NCBI GenBank assembly: GCA_044070495.1
Contig: JBIPSI010000015.1
Coordinates: forward strand, 1-64,000
Length of the DNA: 64,000 nt
Source: Spirulina sp.
Lineage (GTDB): Bacteria; Cyanobacteriota; Cyanobacteriia; Phormidesmidales; Phormidesmidaceae
Reading direction: 5' to 3'
In this document: positions 17,773 through 28,705 of the stretch, piece by piece
Layout: every line of letters starts with the position of its first letter
Numbering within the stretch: the stretch's first letter is position 1
Position numbers and translations under genes: made by a program
The notes under the pieces: model-generated
Told to the model about the DNA's origin: nothing
Databases searched by the model: none
What the model saw: only the letters and a program-made list of their open reading frames with translations

Positions 17773-19500
17773 TTGGCTGTTAAGTCTAAATCCTCCCTCC
17801 TCACCATCCTGTTACCGGGAATAGATCGGTTACGCCACTATCCCTCCCTGTGGTTCCGCTCGGATCTGATGGCAGGCATTACCGTTGCCGCCTACATGAT
17901 TCCTCAATGTATGGCCTACGGCGAGCTGGCCGGGGTTAATCCAGTCCAGGGCCTATGGGCGATGTTGCCCGCCATTGTCCTCTACGCGATGACAGGCTCG
18001 TCACCCCAGCTTTCGGTGGGGCCAGAGTCGCCGACAGCCATGATGACAGCGGCGGCGGTGGCTCCCCTGGTGTTGGCCTACGGCACCAGCCATGCCACCC
18101 TAGCGGCGGTGCTGGGCATGTTGGTGGGGATCGTTTGTTTAGTCGGCTATGTGGCTCGTTTAGGATTTTTAGCCAACCTGTTGTCTAAGCCGATTTTGAT
18201 TGGCTATATGACCGGGGTGGCGGTGATTATGATCATGGGTCAGCTCAGCAAGGTGAGCGGTGTCCCCATTGAGGCCCACACCATTGCTGGACAGGTGGCC
18301 GACTTTTTGGGCAACTTGGATCAAATTCATTGGCCCACCTTCGCCCTGTCCGGGTTTGTTCTGGTGCTGCTGTTTGGTGTGCAGGCCCGATTTCCTAGGC
18401 TACCAGGGCCATTGCTAGCCGTGCTTCTGGCTACAGCGGCGGTTAGTATCTTCCACCTCGACCAGTATGGGGTGGCGGTGGTGGGCACCATTCCAGCGGG
18501 GTTCCCCAGTTTTCAGGTGCCCATTGTGTCTCAGCAGGAGGCCTTTAGTTTGCTCTCGGCGGCGGTGGGTATCGCCATTGTGGGCTATTCCGACAATGTG
18601 TTGACCGCCCGCGCCCTAGCCGCCCGCAACCACTATTCCCAACTGATTGATGCCAACCAAGAACTACTGGCCCTCGGCGTTGCCAACCTGGGCACAGGGT
18701 TATTTCAAGGATTCCCGGTGAGCAGCAGCGGCAGTCGGGCCGCCATCGGCAACGCCATGGGCAGCAAAAGTCAGGTGTTTTCCCTGGTCGCCTTCGGTGT
18801 GGTGGTGCTGGTGCTGCTGTTTTTGCGGCCCCTGCTGGTGATGTTTCCCACTGCCGCCCTGGGCGCTTTGGTGATCTATGCCGCCACCCGCCTGGTAGAA
18901 CTGCCGGAATTTAGTCGGTTACAACGGTTTCGGCAAGGGGACTACGCCCTAGCCGTACTCACCACGTTAGGGGTATTGGCGACCGATCTACTCATCGGCG
19001 TCGCCATTGCCGTGGGGCTTTCGGTGATTGAGCTATTTGCCCGCATTGCCAGCCCCTACGATGCTGTGATGGGTAAAGTGCCTGATCTGCCCGGTCTGCA
19101 CGACATCGCCGATTGGACAGGGGCCACCACCATTCCAGGGCTGGTTCTCTACCGCTACGATGCCCCGATTTTCTTTGCCAATGTCAACAACTTTAAGCGC
19201 CGCGCCCTCGCCGCCATTGAGGCCGAAACCGATCCGGTGGAATGGTTTGTGCTGAATGCCGAAGCCATTGCCGAAATCGACATTACCGCCGCCGATATGC
19301 TCAACGAACTGTACGACGAGCTGGAGGCTAGGGGCATCACCTTCGCGATGGCGCGGGTCAAGCAGGACCTCTATGCCCAACTCAAACGGTCGGGGCTATT
19401 GAATCGCATCGGCGTGAACCACATCTACTTCACACTCCCCACCGCCATCGAAGGGTTTCACCAGCGCTTTCAGGAATCCAGCCCTGGGGAAGACCGCTAG
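17773..19500 (+). CDS. SulP/SLC26 anion permease with STAS domain
   Basis: DLMAGITVAAYMIPQCMAYG, NQELLALG and a C-terminal STAS (IFFAN, DITAA). Confidence 0.92.
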   Translation: MAVKSKSSLLTILLPGIDRLRHYPSLWFRSDLMAGITVAAYMIPQCMAYGELAGVNPVQGLWAMLPAIVLYAMTGSSPQLSVGPESPTAMMTAAAVAPLVLAYGTSHATLAAVLGMLVGIVCLVGYVARLGFLANLLSKPILIGYMTGVAVIMIMGQLSKVSGVPIEAHTIAGQVADFLGNLDQIHWPTFALSGFVLVLLFGVQARFPRLPGPLLAVLLATAAVSIFHLDQYGVAVVGTIPAGFPSFQVPIVSQQEAFSLLSAAVGIAIVGYSDNVLTARALAARNHYSQLIDANQELLALGVANLGTGLFQGFPVSSSGSRAAIGNAMGSKSQVFSLVAFGVVVLVLLFLRPLLVMFPTAALGALVIYAATRLVELPEFSRLQRFRQGDYALAVLTTLGVLATDLLIGVAIAVGLSVIELFARIASPYDAVMGKVPDLPGLHDIADWTGATTIPGLVLYRYDAPIFFANVNNFKRRALAAIEAETDPVEWFVLNAEAIAEIDITAADMLNELYDELEARGITFAMARVKQDLYAQLKRSGLLNRIGVNHIYFTLPTAIEGFHQRFQESSPGEDR

Positions 19501-19517
19501 CCAGCCGGAAGCCGGAT

Positions 19518-19919
19518 TTACCCCATCAAAATCACGTTGTCCAGCACATGGATGATGCCGTTGTCGGCTTCGATGTCGGCGGCGAGGACGGTGGCGTTTT
19601 TCACCTCAAAGCCCTCGGTGCCGTCGATGGGAATTGGCGCACCCTCCAAGGATTCAACGGTGCCCAGCTTGAGCAACTCGTCCTTGGTGTACTTTCCGGC
19701 GACAACATGGAACTTGAGGATACGGCCCAACTGGGGCGGATTTTGCACCAGGGTTTGCACGGTACCGGGGGGCAACTTGGCAAAGGCGGCATCGTTGGGC
19801 GCAAACACGGTGAAGGGGCCAGGGCTTTGCAGGGCTTCCACCAAACCAGCCGCCTGAACAGCGGCCACCAGGGTGGAGAACCCTTCGTTGTTAACGGCGA
19901 TATCGACGATGGTAGGCAT
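19518..19919 (-). CDS. cupS: Fasciclin-domain protein CupS
   Basis: [13 protein letters not shown] and DNGIIHVLD; immediately downstream of cupA. Confidence 0.88.
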   Translation of the reverse strand: MPTIVDIAVNNEGFSTLVAAVQAAGLVEALQSPGPFTVFAPNDAAFAKLPPGTVQTLVQNPPQLGRILKFHVVAGKYTKDELLKLGTVESLEGAPIPIDGTEGFEVKNATVLAADIEADNGIIHVLDNVILMG

Positions 19920-19991
19920 AGGGGATGAAGGGGTGAAGGGGTTATGAGGGTTAGATCCCAGGGTTCTTAGAGAACCCTGGGATCTGGGCAA

Positions 19992-21287
19992 CTAGCGGTA
20001 CTCCTGGCGCTGGATGTCGCGCAGGCGGGCTTCGGGGCGCAGGAAGCGATCCATTTGGGCCTCGAAGAATTTGCGGTTGGCGGCGAGGTGGCGGGGGTTG
20101 GGGTCGTCCAGGGGATAGAGCAACGCTGTCCGCAGGGCTTGAATCACCGCCGAGGTGACGTTGTACATCGACCGCTGAAAGGTGATGCCGAGTTGGATTA
20201 GCATGTCATCTTCGCCGCGACAGTATTGTTCGTAATACTCCAGCAGGTAGGGCGGCAAAAAGTGCAGCATGTCCTGCATCAGCAGCGTGGGGGGAATCCC
20301 GGCACTGCCCACCGGAAACACGTCAGCATAGAGAATCCCGTAGTGGAAATCGTTTTGATCTTCGGGCACCTGACCCGCCTGGGCATTGTAGGATTTGGTG
20401 CCTCGGAAGGGGGCGGTGCGGTAAAAAACGGCCTCCACGTAGGGCAGGGCTGCTTCGTAGAGCCAGGTGAATCCACAGGATTTGGGAATGAGTTCAAAAC
20501 ACTCATCGCCAATGTAAACATGGTGGTAAATGGGCCGACCTGCCACCGCAAAAATGCCATTGACCAAGAAATTCATGGCATCGGGCACGCCCTTAAAGCC
20601 GCCTTCGTCGTAGATGTCCGACATTTCAAAAAAGACCGGAGCCATCACTTCCCAAAACAGACCCAGGTTGGAATAGTAGGACAGTTCCCGGCACTTTTCG
20701 TAGAACATCTCTGGGAACAGCTTGTGCAGCCCCAGCATCACCGGATTGCCCTTAAAGTAGGCTTTAATCGCCCGATCACAGGCCGCTTTATATTCGTCGG
20801 TATAGAGGTAGTCATTAAACCGACCGCCCATATCCTGATGCCAGAGCATCGCCGTCATACAGGCTTCGGCAAATTCCATATTCACTCGGTCGTGCCAGAG
20901 GTGATGGAAAAGTTTAGGCAGCTTGCGCTTCATTTCGCCCTTTTCCATAAACTCCAGCAGTTCGGGGTGAACGTTGGCTTCCCCTCGCCAAATGCGTAGG
21001 TCGGCGGTGTCGCCCGCGTAGTGGTTGGGCAGATCTAAATATTCCTGGGGCAGGAAGTATTTGAACGCCGGAATTGGGTTCAAAAACACCCGTTCGGCAA
21101 TATAGAGCAAATCCCGCCAGTAGAAATCCATCGGCACCGCATAGGCTTTGTAGATGCCGATGATTTGCATCAAGTTTTCCGGCGTATCCGGCAGCATCGA
21201 TCCACCTGCTTCCAAACGATGGATCACATCCGCGTGGGGATGGGTGGAGGGGGGGATTAGGGTTGGGGTTTCGGTGAGGGTAGGCAT
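19992..21287 (-). CDS. cupA: CO2 hydration protein CupA (ChpY)
   Basis: 431 aa; HLWHDRVNMEFAE, PFRGTKSYNAQA and GIPPTLLMQDM; operon context. Confidence 0.93.
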   Translation of the reverse strand: MPTLTETPTLIPPSTHPHADVIHRLEAGGSMLPDTPENLMQIIGIYKAYAVPMDFYWRDLLYIAERVFLNPIPAFKYFLPQEYLDLPNHYAGDTADLRIWRGEANVHPELLEFMEKGEMKRKLPKLFHHLWHDRVNMEFAEACMTAMLWHQDMGGRFNDYLYTDEYKAACDRAIKAYFKGNPVMLGLHKLFPEMFYEKCRELSYYSNLGLFWEVMAPVFFEMSDIYDEGGFKGVPDAMNFLVNGIFAVAGRPIYHHVYIGDECFELIPKSCGFTWLYEAALPYVEAVFYRTAPFRGTKSYNAQAGQVPEDQNDFHYGILYADVFPVGSAGIPPTLLMQDMLHFLPPYLLEYYEQYCRGEDDMLIQLGITFQRSMYNVTSAVIQALRTALLYPLDDPNPRHLAANRKFFEAQMDRFLRPEARLRDIQRQEYR

Positions 21288-21393
21288 GGTGGTTTGGGTG
21301 GTTATTCGTTATTGGTTATTGGGGGTGCCGTAGGATGGGCATTGTCCATTATTTAGACGGTGGGCTAACGTCGTTCGATGGGGGATGTCATCC

Positions 21394-21819
21394 ATGGGCA
21401 AAAAGCGGATTCGGCCAACGGCAATTTGTGTGTTGCGGCGGGGGGATGAGTTGCTGGTGCATGAGGGCTACGACCCAGTTCGGCAGTTTGGCTATGCCCG
21501 TCCGTTGGGGGGCGGCATTGAACTGGGGGAACATAGCGCGGCGGCGGCGGTGCGAGAAATTCGAGAGGAATTGGGGGCCGAGATTACCGAGGTGGCCTTG
21601 CTGGGGGTGGTGGAAAACATCTTTGAGTTCCATGGCGAAACGGCTCACGAAATCATGTTTGTCTACAGCGGGCGGTTTGTGGATGAGTCGCTTTATCAGC
21701 GGGATGTCCTCGATGGCTTGGAGGGCGATGAACCCTTTCAAGCGGTGTGGCGATCCCTAGCTGAGTTGCGCGATGGCCCCCATCAACTTGTGCCGCCCCA
21801 GCTTTGGGATCTCCTTTAA
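21394..21819 (+). CDS. NUDIX hydrolase
   Basis: Nudix box GGGIELGEHSAAAAVREIREELG. Confidence 0.88.
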   Translation: MGKKRIRPTAICVLRRGDELLVHEGYDPVRQFGYARPLGGGIELGEHSAAAAVREIREELGAEITEVALLGVVENIFEFHGETAHEIMFVYSGRFVDESLYQRDVLDGLEGDEPFQAVWRSLAELRDGPHQLVPPQLWDLL

Positions 21820-21895
21820 GCGTCCGTCGAGTGCATTAAGGCCAGCCCTCACCCCCAGCCCCTCTCCCCAAGGGAGAGGGGGGCCGGATCAGGGA

Positions 21896-23473
21896 TTAGG
21901 GCAGAAGGGTGGCGACGGGGAAGGGGATGGCCTCGGCGGGAGCGTTATCTATTGGGGGCATCTCCATCGGCAATTGTTCAATTACCTCATCGGCAACCAC
22001 TTCGGTTAGCACCATCGGCAGGTTGGCGACCATGGCAGTGGCGGTGGGTTCGCCCCATTTCACCAGCCAGTTGGGTTGAATGCCGAGGAAGAGAATCAGC
22101 CCAGCCAGGACGTAGGCGGGCAGCTTTTCCGAGAAGGTGACTTTGGGGAAGTAGGCGATGGCGTTATCCAGCTTGCCGAAGCAGGTGCGGTTCAGCAAAA
22201 TCACAAAGTACACCGCCGTTAACCCGGTGCCCACTACGCCCAGCAGGGTTTGGATGGGGTAGACCGCATAGCTGCCCTGGAACACCAAAAATTCCGTCAC
22301 AAAGCCCACCAGGCCAGGGATTCCGGCGCTGGCCATGCCGCCCAACACCAGCAGAGCGCTGACCATGGGTAGACCTCGCACGGGGTTCATCAGGCCGTTC
22401 AGCACGTCTAGCTCGCGGGTGCCCACCTTGGTTTCAATCACCCCGACGAGGTGAAAGAGGATGGCCAAAATCAGACCGTGGGAGACCATTTGGCTGACGG
22501 CTCCGGTGAGGGCCAAATCCGTCATGGCCGCACCGCCCAGCAGCACGTAGCCCATGTGCCCGATGGAGCTATAGGCCACCATCCGCTTGATGTCCTTTTG
22601 GGCAATGGCCGTGACGGCTCCATACATAATGCTCACCGCCGCCCACACCGCCAGGTAAGGGGAAAGCTGCGCCCAGGCATCGGGGAACAGACCCAGACCA
22701 AAACGAAATAGGCCATAGGTGCCCAGCTTGGCCAGTACACCCCCCAGCATCATCGCCACCGGGGTACTGGCGGAGACGTAGGTATCCGGCAGCCAGGTAT
22801 GGAAGGGTACCAGGGGAATTTTGATGCCAAAGGCCACCAGCAGCAGGCTCAGCAGGATAAGCTGCCACGTCATCGACAGGTCATGGCCCATCACCGCATG
22901 GTAGGTGAAGTCCTCGGCACCGCTGAGCCACACCACACCCAGAAATCCGGCCAGCATCAGTGCCCCAGAGAGGGCGGTATAGAGCAGGAACTTGGTGGCC
23001 GCATAGGTTTTTTGGCCGCCGCCCCAGATGGCAATCAGCAGGTACAGGGGCACCAGCTCAATTTCATAGAGCAGGAAGAACAGCAGCAGGTTATCCGCCA
23101 AAAACGCCCCCGCCACGCCGCTACTCACCAGCAGCAGCAAACTATAGAACAACCGAGGCCGCTCGGTTTCGGGGGAACTGCTCCAGATGGCAATCCAGGT
23201 GATCAGGCTGTTTAGACCCACCATCAACAGGGACAAGCCATCCAAACTGAGTTCGTAGTTCAGCCCCAGAAACGGCAGCCAGGGCACAAACTCCCGGAAC
23301 TGAAAGCCGCCAAAGGAGAGGTCAAACTGGGTAAACAGCCACAGCGTCCACAGCAGCGCCGCCCCCGATACCACCAGGGCACCCTGGCGCGACCGCTGAC
23401 TAGACAACCCCGGCCAGCAGCCGATGGCCACCGCGCCAATCAAGGGAATTAGGAGAAGGGGAGTGAGCAACAT
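21896..23473 (-). CDS. ndhD3: NDH-1 subunit D3
   Basis: NuoM-like multi-TM protein (KIPLVPFHTWLP, AYSSIGHMG); lies between ndhF3 and cupA. Confidence 0.9.
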   Translation of the reverse strand: MLLTPLLLIPLIGAVAIGCWPGLSSQRSRQGALVVSGAALLWTLWLFTQFDLSFGGFQFREFVPWLPFLGLNYELSLDGLSLLMVGLNSLITWIAIWSSSPETERPRLFYSLLLLVSSGVAGAFLADNLLLFFLLYEIELVPLYLLIAIWGGGQKTYAATKFLLYTALSGALMLAGFLGVVWLSGAEDFTYHAVMGHDLSMTWQLILLSLLLVAFGIKIPLVPFHTWLPDTYVSASTPVAMMLGGVLAKLGTYGLFRFGLGLFPDAWAQLSPYLAVWAAVSIMYGAVTAIAQKDIKRMVAYSSIGHMGYVLLGGAAMTDLALTGAVSQMVSHGLILAILFHLVGVIETKVGTRELDVLNGLMNPVRGLPMVSALLVLGGMASAGIPGLVGFVTEFLVFQGSYAVYPIQTLLGVVGTGLTAVYFVILLNRTCFGKLDNAIAYFPKVTFSEKLPAYVLAGLILFLGIQPNWLVKWGEPTATAMVANLPMVLTEVVADEVIEQLPMEMPPIDNAPAEAIPFPVATLLP

Positions 23474-23526
23474 AGCGAGAACCGGATAGGGAGTTGTGAT
23501 GGAGAAGACTGGCCCTCACCCCTTGG

Positions 23527-23727
23527 GCTACTGTGTACACACATCTTATTTTCATGTCGCAAGTCCTCGGAGATCCCCCTAAATCCCCCTTCCTAAGGGG
23601 GACTTTGATTCCGGTTGCCTCCTTAAGAAGGGGGACTTTGTTTCCGGTTCCCCCCTTCCTTAAGGGGGGCTAGGGGGGATCAACCCCAGGAACTCAGCGA
23701 GATAGAAACTTGTGTATAAGCGGTAGC
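23527..23727. mobile_element. MITE-like element (GCTAC...GTAGC ends, CCCCCTT..AAGGGGG hairpins)
   Basis: Homologous to 27254-27420; imperfect terminal inverted repeats. Confidence 0.7.
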
Positions 23728-23764
23728 CCTGTGGGAGAGGAATTTAGGGTCAGGGCAACGCGGC

Positions 23765-25633
23765 CTAAAACAGCGCAGTCAAGGACGACCAGCCCAGCAG
23801 AATGCCGATCACCGCCACGCCGACCGCAATGGTGAGCACATAGAACTGAAGCCGTCCGCTGTTGCCGTATTTGAGGGTTTCGCCACCAAAGAGAGAGGCC
23901 AGCCCGATGGCGTTGACCAAGCCATCCACCACGTAGCGATCTAGCCAGTCCGTCGCCCGCGAGAGCAAATCTACCCCCAGCACAAAGGTGTTGCGGTAGA
24001 TCTTGGGGGTATAGAAATCGTAGGCCAGCAGGTTTTGCAGGGGTTTTTGCACCAGTTTAGCGGGGCTTTCCAGCACCCGGTTGACGTAGAGTAGCGTCCC
24101 CACCGCAGCGCCCAAAATGCTCGACCAGGTGAGCAGCAGGGCCATATCCTTGCTGACCTCGGCCCAGTTGGGCAACAGGTTAAACTGCGCCATCACCAGG
24201 GGCAGGTGCAGGGTAAAGCCCGCCACCAGGGTCATGGGGATGGTCATCAGCCAGATGGGTTCTGGGGCGCGGATGGTCATCTGTTGGGTGTTGCCCGCAA
24301 AAATCAGGCCAATCATCCGGGCGAGGCTAAAGGCCACCAGCCAGTTCACAATCAGCACAATCGCCACCAGTAGCCCCCGCTGTTCTGCCCACAGGCCCGA
24401 CACCAGGGACAACATCGCCCAAAAGCCACCCAAGGGAGGCAGCGCCACCAAGCCAGCCGCTCCGGCCAGCATCGACATGGCCGTCACCGGACGCCGACCC
24501 CACAGGCCACCCATTTGGGTTAAATCTTGGGTGATAACGCTGAGAATAATGGAACCCGAACCCATCACCAGCGTGGCCATGCCGAGGGCATAAATCAGGG
24601 CCAGCAGCAGGGCCACATTGGGCAGATGGGCACCCACCGCAATGAACATTAGCCCCATGTAGGCACTGCTGAGGTAGGACAGCACCCGCTTAATATCCAC
24701 CTGGGCGGCGGAAATTAGCGTTGCCCCAATGGCCGTTACTGTGCCCACCGCAATGGCAAAGGCGCTGGCGGTGGAGGACAGGGCAATCACAGGTTCCAGT
24801 TTCACCAGAATCCACACCCCGGTTGTCACCACCACGGCATTCCGCAGAATCGTGCTGGGCAGCGGGCCTTCCATGGCCTCATCCAGCCACAGGTGCAGCG
24901 GGAACTGGGCGCATTTGCTCATGGGGCCAGCAATCAGGCCGATACCGATCAGCGTCAGCAGGCCCGGTTCAATCCCGGTTGCCGTCTGTGCCCAGGCCGC
25001 CAGTTCCCGAAAGTCCCAAGTATGGGTGAGGGGATAGATGGCGAGCACTCCCATCAGCAGCACCAGGTCGCCGACGCGCTTGGTCAAAAAGGCATCTCGC
25101 GCTCCCGTCACCACCAGAGATTGGTTGTACCAAAAGCCCACCAGCAGGTAGGTACCCAGGGTGAGGATCTCCAGCAGCATGTAGGAAAACAGCAGGGAGT
25201 TGCACAGCACCAGGGCGCACATCCCGGCCTCGAACAGGGCCATCATGGCGAAGAATCGGCCCCAGCCCCAATCCATCTCCAAATAACCTACCGCGTAGAT
25301 TTGGGCCAGCAGATTGAGGCTGGTAATCAGCACACAGGCCCCCAGGGTAATGGCGTCGGCCTCCAGGGGAATGGTCAGATCCAGCCCCGCCACATTCAGC
25401 CAGGGGGCAAAGAAAAACTGGGGCGATGACTTGCCCCAAAAGGCCATAAACGCCAGCAGACTGTGGGTTAACGCTAGGGCCGTCGTCACAATATTGATAT
25501 AGCCCGCCGGACGTGGCCCGGTACGGCGAATCATGGCAGGCGACCAGGGGATGGTGAGCAACGCCCCCATCAGGGGATAGAGCGGGATCAGCCAGCTCGT
25601 TTCGGCCAAGAGCGGTGTCAGGGACGGGGTCAT
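23765..25633 (-). CDS. ndhF3: NDH-1 subunit F3
   Basis: NuoL-like (RTGPRPAGY, AQFPLHLWLDEAMEGP); start estimated. Confidence 0.9.
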   Translation of the reverse strand: MTPSLTPLLAETSWLIPLYPLMGALLTIPWSPAMIRRTGPRPAGYINIVTTALALTHSLLAFMAFWGKSSPQFFFAPWLNVAGLDLTIPLEADAITLGACVLITSLNLLAQIYAVGYLEMDWGWGRFFAMMALFEAGMCALVLCNSLLFSYMLLEILTLGTYLLVGFWYNQSLVVTGARDAFLTKRVGDLVLLMGVLAIYPLTHTWDFRELAAWAQTATGIEPGLLTLIGIGLIAGPMSKCAQFPLHLWLDEAMEGPLPSTILRNAVVVTTGVWILVKLEPVIALSSTASAFAIAVGTVTAIGATLISAAQVDIKRVLSYLSSAYMGLMFIAVGAHLPNVALLLALIYALGMATLVMGSGSIILSVITQDLTQMGGLWGRRPVTAMSMLAGAAGLVALPPLGGFWAMLSLVSGLWAEQRGLLVAIVLIVNWLVAFSLARMIGLIFAGNTQQMTIRAPEPIWLMTIPMTLVAGFTLHLPLVMAQFNLLPNWAEVSKDMALLLTWSSILGAAVGTLLYVNRVLESPAKLVQKPLQNLLAYDFYTPKIYRNTFVLGVDLLSRATDWLDRYVVDGLVNAIGLASLFGGETLKYGNSGRLQFYVLTIAVGVAVIGILLGWSSLTALF

Positions 25634-25870
25634 AGGTGAACTACTCTCTGACAAAGAAACAGCAAGGGTGAGGGCAAGGATCTAAGGTCGCGATTAGCCT
25701 CCACCATCCCGAATTTCCTCCGTTTGGGGGAAATTTGCTACCGCCACCAAGGTTCCCAAGGCAACGAAACCAGGCTAGGGATAGGAGACCCCTTCCGCGT
25801 TGGAAGGCATGGGCAAAATCTAAGAAGATCCTAAAGTAAATTGACTAGCATCTATCAAAAATCAACTTCG

Positions 25871-25886
25871 ATAGACTTAAAGCTAT
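25871..25886. promoter_or_regulatory. Putative NdhR/CcmR site (ATAG-N8-CTAT)
   Basis: ATAG-ACTTAAAG-CTAT in AT-rich DNA upstream of ndhF3. Confidence 0.6.
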
Positions 25887-26183
25887 CTACCTTGGATAGA
25901 GTTTAACCAATGACAGACCCCAAACGGAAGGGCCAGATTGATTAACGGCAATTTGCTTTTTGTGTCGGATTGATAATTTTCAATAATCTATGCGGCCACC
26001 GATCCCATTTCCCTGTCCACCGAGGTCAGGGATGAACGCCAAGACGGGCTACCAAGCGGGGTTCGGTGAGTCAAGACAGCCACAATAGCTGGGCTTTCCA
26101 ATTTCCCATGGGTGCCCCTCTTACATGGGTGCCCCTCGAACGGATGCCCCTCGGACAGGTAAACCTTGGATTACTCCGCCCTG

Positions 26184-27170
26184 TCATGGATGTATTGATC
26201 TGACGCGGCCCACAATGGTGCGGTGGCGGGGGCTGTTTTGGGTAATGGTGGGAGGCTCAAAGCCAGCGGCCTCAAATTCGGCCACCATATCTAGGGCAAA
26301 GTACTCATCCAGGTAGGGTTCGGTGCTTTTCAACAGGGTGAGCACAAAGGCGGGCATTTGCTTGTACACCTCGGACTGGGGGTTCATGTCCATGATGGCG
26401 AAGTGACCGCCCGGTTTGAGCAGGCGACGGGCCTCTTGCAGAATGGCACGGGCGGCGGTTTGGGGCAGTTCGTGGAAAATCAGGCAGGCGGAGACCAAAT
26501 CATAGGAGGCATCGGGCAAACCCGTTTCCTCGGCAGCGGCGTGGTGCCAGGTTATGGCGTTGGTCGGGCGGGAATCGGCCTGTTCCTGCTGCTGCTCCTG
26601 CTGCCGATATTGGGCCACCGCCAAAAAGTAGGGCGACAGATCCACCCCGGTCACCTGGGCCTGGGGGTAGAGGGCTTGCAGGGTTTCGGTGCTCATGCCC
26701 ACGCCGCAGCCCAGATCCACAATGGCGGTGGGAGATTCCGGCAGTTGGGCCGTCAGCACATCGTGGTAGCTTTGGCGCAGTTGGGCATCGCCCGTGGCCC
26801 CCGCCCCCGGCCATAGCTTGGCATGGACAGCCTTTGCCGCCACCTCGACTTCCATGGCGGGTTGCCAGCCCAGGTTGCCTTCGTCGTAGGCATGGAAACT
26901 GGTGGTGTAGTAGGCGGGGTATGGCAGGCTGGGGTTTTGAATCGCCTCCAGGTCGGCCTGCCATTGGGGGGAGAGTTCCGGCGAAAGTTCCTTGGTGTCC
27001 TGACGAGATCGTAGTTCTGCCACCCTAGCCTGCCAGGGCACCCCAATGGTTTCGGCTCGTTTTACCATCATGGCGCGGGCGCGGCCCTTGGCGATGGCCC
27101 AGAGGGGCTTGATGGCCAGCACTTGGTTAACCAGGGCCGCCGTGAGGCTAGGGGCAGGAGTCGCAGTCAT
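26184..27170 (-). CDS. Class I SAM-dependent methyltransferase
   Basis: IVDLGCGVG, GVDLSPY and RLLKPGG. Confidence 0.88.
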   Translation of the reverse strand: MTATPAPSLTAALVNQVLAIKPLWAIAKGRARAMMVKRAETIGVPWQARVAELRSRQDTKELSPELSPQWQADLEAIQNPSLPYPAYYTTSFHAYDEGNLGWQPAMEVEVAAKAVHAKLWPGAGATGDAQLRQSYHDVLTAQLPESPTAIVDLGCGVGMSTETLQALYPQAQVTGVDLSPYFLAVAQYRQQEQQQEQADSRPTNAITWHHAAAEETGLPDASYDLVSACLIFHELPQTAARAILQEARRLLKPGGHFAIMDMNPQSEVYKQMPAFVLTLLKSTEPYLDEYFALDMVAEFEAAGFEPPTITQNSPRHRTIVGRVRSIHP

Positions 27171-27253
27171 AGGGAAGGAATAGGAAAATACTAAAGGCGT
27201 TGGTTTTTATTCTAGGGGGGAAGTTGCTGATCCTAGCTCCCCTCTCCCGGTGG

Positions 27254-27420
27254 GCTACTAAGTACACACATCTTGCTTTCATGTCGCAAGTCCTTGGAGA
27301 TTCCCCTAAATCCCCCTTAAAAAGGGGGACTTTGACTCCGGTTCCCCCCTTTTTAAGGGGGGCTAGGGGGGATCGATTCCCTGTATCGTCTACGTTAAGG
27401 ACTTATGTGTACTTAGTAGC
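27254..27420. mobile_element. MITE with TIRs and 9-bp target-site duplication
   Basis: Ends GCTACTAAGTACAC and GTGTACTTAGTAGC; TCCCGGTGG lies on both sides (27245-27253, 27421-27429). Confidence 0.85.
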
Positions 27421-27450
27421 TCCCGGTGGGAGAGCGGCTTGGGCTGAGGG

Positions 27451-28122
27451 CTAGGCTTGGGCCGAGACGGAGGTATCCACCGGGCTGGGATCGGCCTCTG
27501 GCAGTGGGGGGCGCAGGGCCAGGTAGAGGGCCGCCCCCAGCAACGGCAGGGCCAGCACGGCGGGGATAATCCACCGTTGATTGAGCCCTCGACGGGGTAG
27601 GTCATCCACCAAGAGGACGGGAAACAGCAGCCAGAGGGCACAGAAATCGAGCGACATCACATGGACGAAGCGGGAGGTCTGCCACTGCTGCCAGAGATCG
27701 GGCCAGTCGCCAGCGGAGAGGCCCCAAACCATCAGCACTAGAGCCGCAACGGCCAAACTCGCCCCCAACAGACGGCTACCCACCACCCGTAACAGGCGAT
27801 CCGTGGGGCCAGCCCAGGGAACCGGGGCACGCAGGGCGAGGTAGGGCAGCATCGCAAAGGCCCCCACCGCAAAGGAGGCCACCACAAAGGGCCAAGCCCA
27901 CAGCCGTTGCCCCCGACCATCTACCAGGACCACCGCTGCGTAGACCATGGGCCAGATTCCCATGGCATTAAACAGGGCAATTAGAGCGGGGTTGAGGCCA
28001 TCCCAGTCGCCCGTAGACAGGCGCAGAATCAGGTCGGCGGTATCCGGTTGATCGGGGGGAGAGAGTATAAATGCGTACCCGATGAATCCCAACCAAAGGA
28101 TGCCGAAAATAAGTCTTCCCAT
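27451..28122 (-). CDS. Integral membrane protein (DUF2834-like)
   Basis: Multiple TM helices; FVHVMSLDF. Confidence 0.75.
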   Translation of the reverse strand: MGRLIFGILWLGFIGYAFILSPPDQPDTADLILRLSTGDWDGLNPALIALFNAMGIWPMVYAAVVLVDGRGQRLWAWPFVVASFAVGAFAMLPYLALRAPVPWAGPTDRLLRVVGSRLLGASLAVAALVLMVWGLSAGDWPDLWQQWQTSRFVHVMSLDFCALWLLFPVLLVDDLPRRGLNQRWIIPAVLALPLLGAALYLALRPPLPEADPSPVDTSVSAQA

Positions 28123-28705
28123 GGTTTGATGACTGCTAAGTTTCACTCTGAAATATCAAACAAACTCAATATAGACTGACACTGCTATCAAAACCAACTA
28201 ACCTTTAGGCAGGAGGTTTAGGCCCTATCCGCCGCAAGTGTTAAAAGATATTTAATATTGATCTAAGTTGTTAATTTCCGATTTTTTTCAGTTTTTATTT
28301 GATTCCATGGGCCTAGTCCGCTCAAACCTTTTGAGGCTTCCACGCCCATCCTCAACCCAGGGAAGCACAGGGTGCCCAAGCTAATCCTCAGAAAAAATAG
28401 ATCTATGCTGAGTGCAGAAGTGATGGAAGTTGAAGGCGCAGGCTTGTTGAAATTAGAGGAAATAGCGTCCTAAGAACCTGCGTCCTAAGCTCTTTTTAAC
28501 TCCCATTAATAAAATATTAATCTTATCTGTTTGGTTGCCAGCGAAACGCCTGCTAATGCTCAGCGCTACCCCCCGCTAGCCCAGGCTCATCAAGCCACTG
28601 TGCAGCCCTAGGAGTCCCCCCTTCGCTGTCCTCATTTGGAACCCTACCGTGCCCACCTTCACCCTTCGTGAGTCCGGTATTGCTAGGACTTACCACCGCA
28701 GTACT

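Noticed and set aside
17773..19500. bicA bicarbonate transporter
   Set aside because: It is a generic SulP convergent with the cup operon, and its sequence does not resemble BicA as I recall it.
26107..26155. Three short GGGTGCCCCTC-like tandem repeats
   Set aside because: Too short and degenerate to assign a function.
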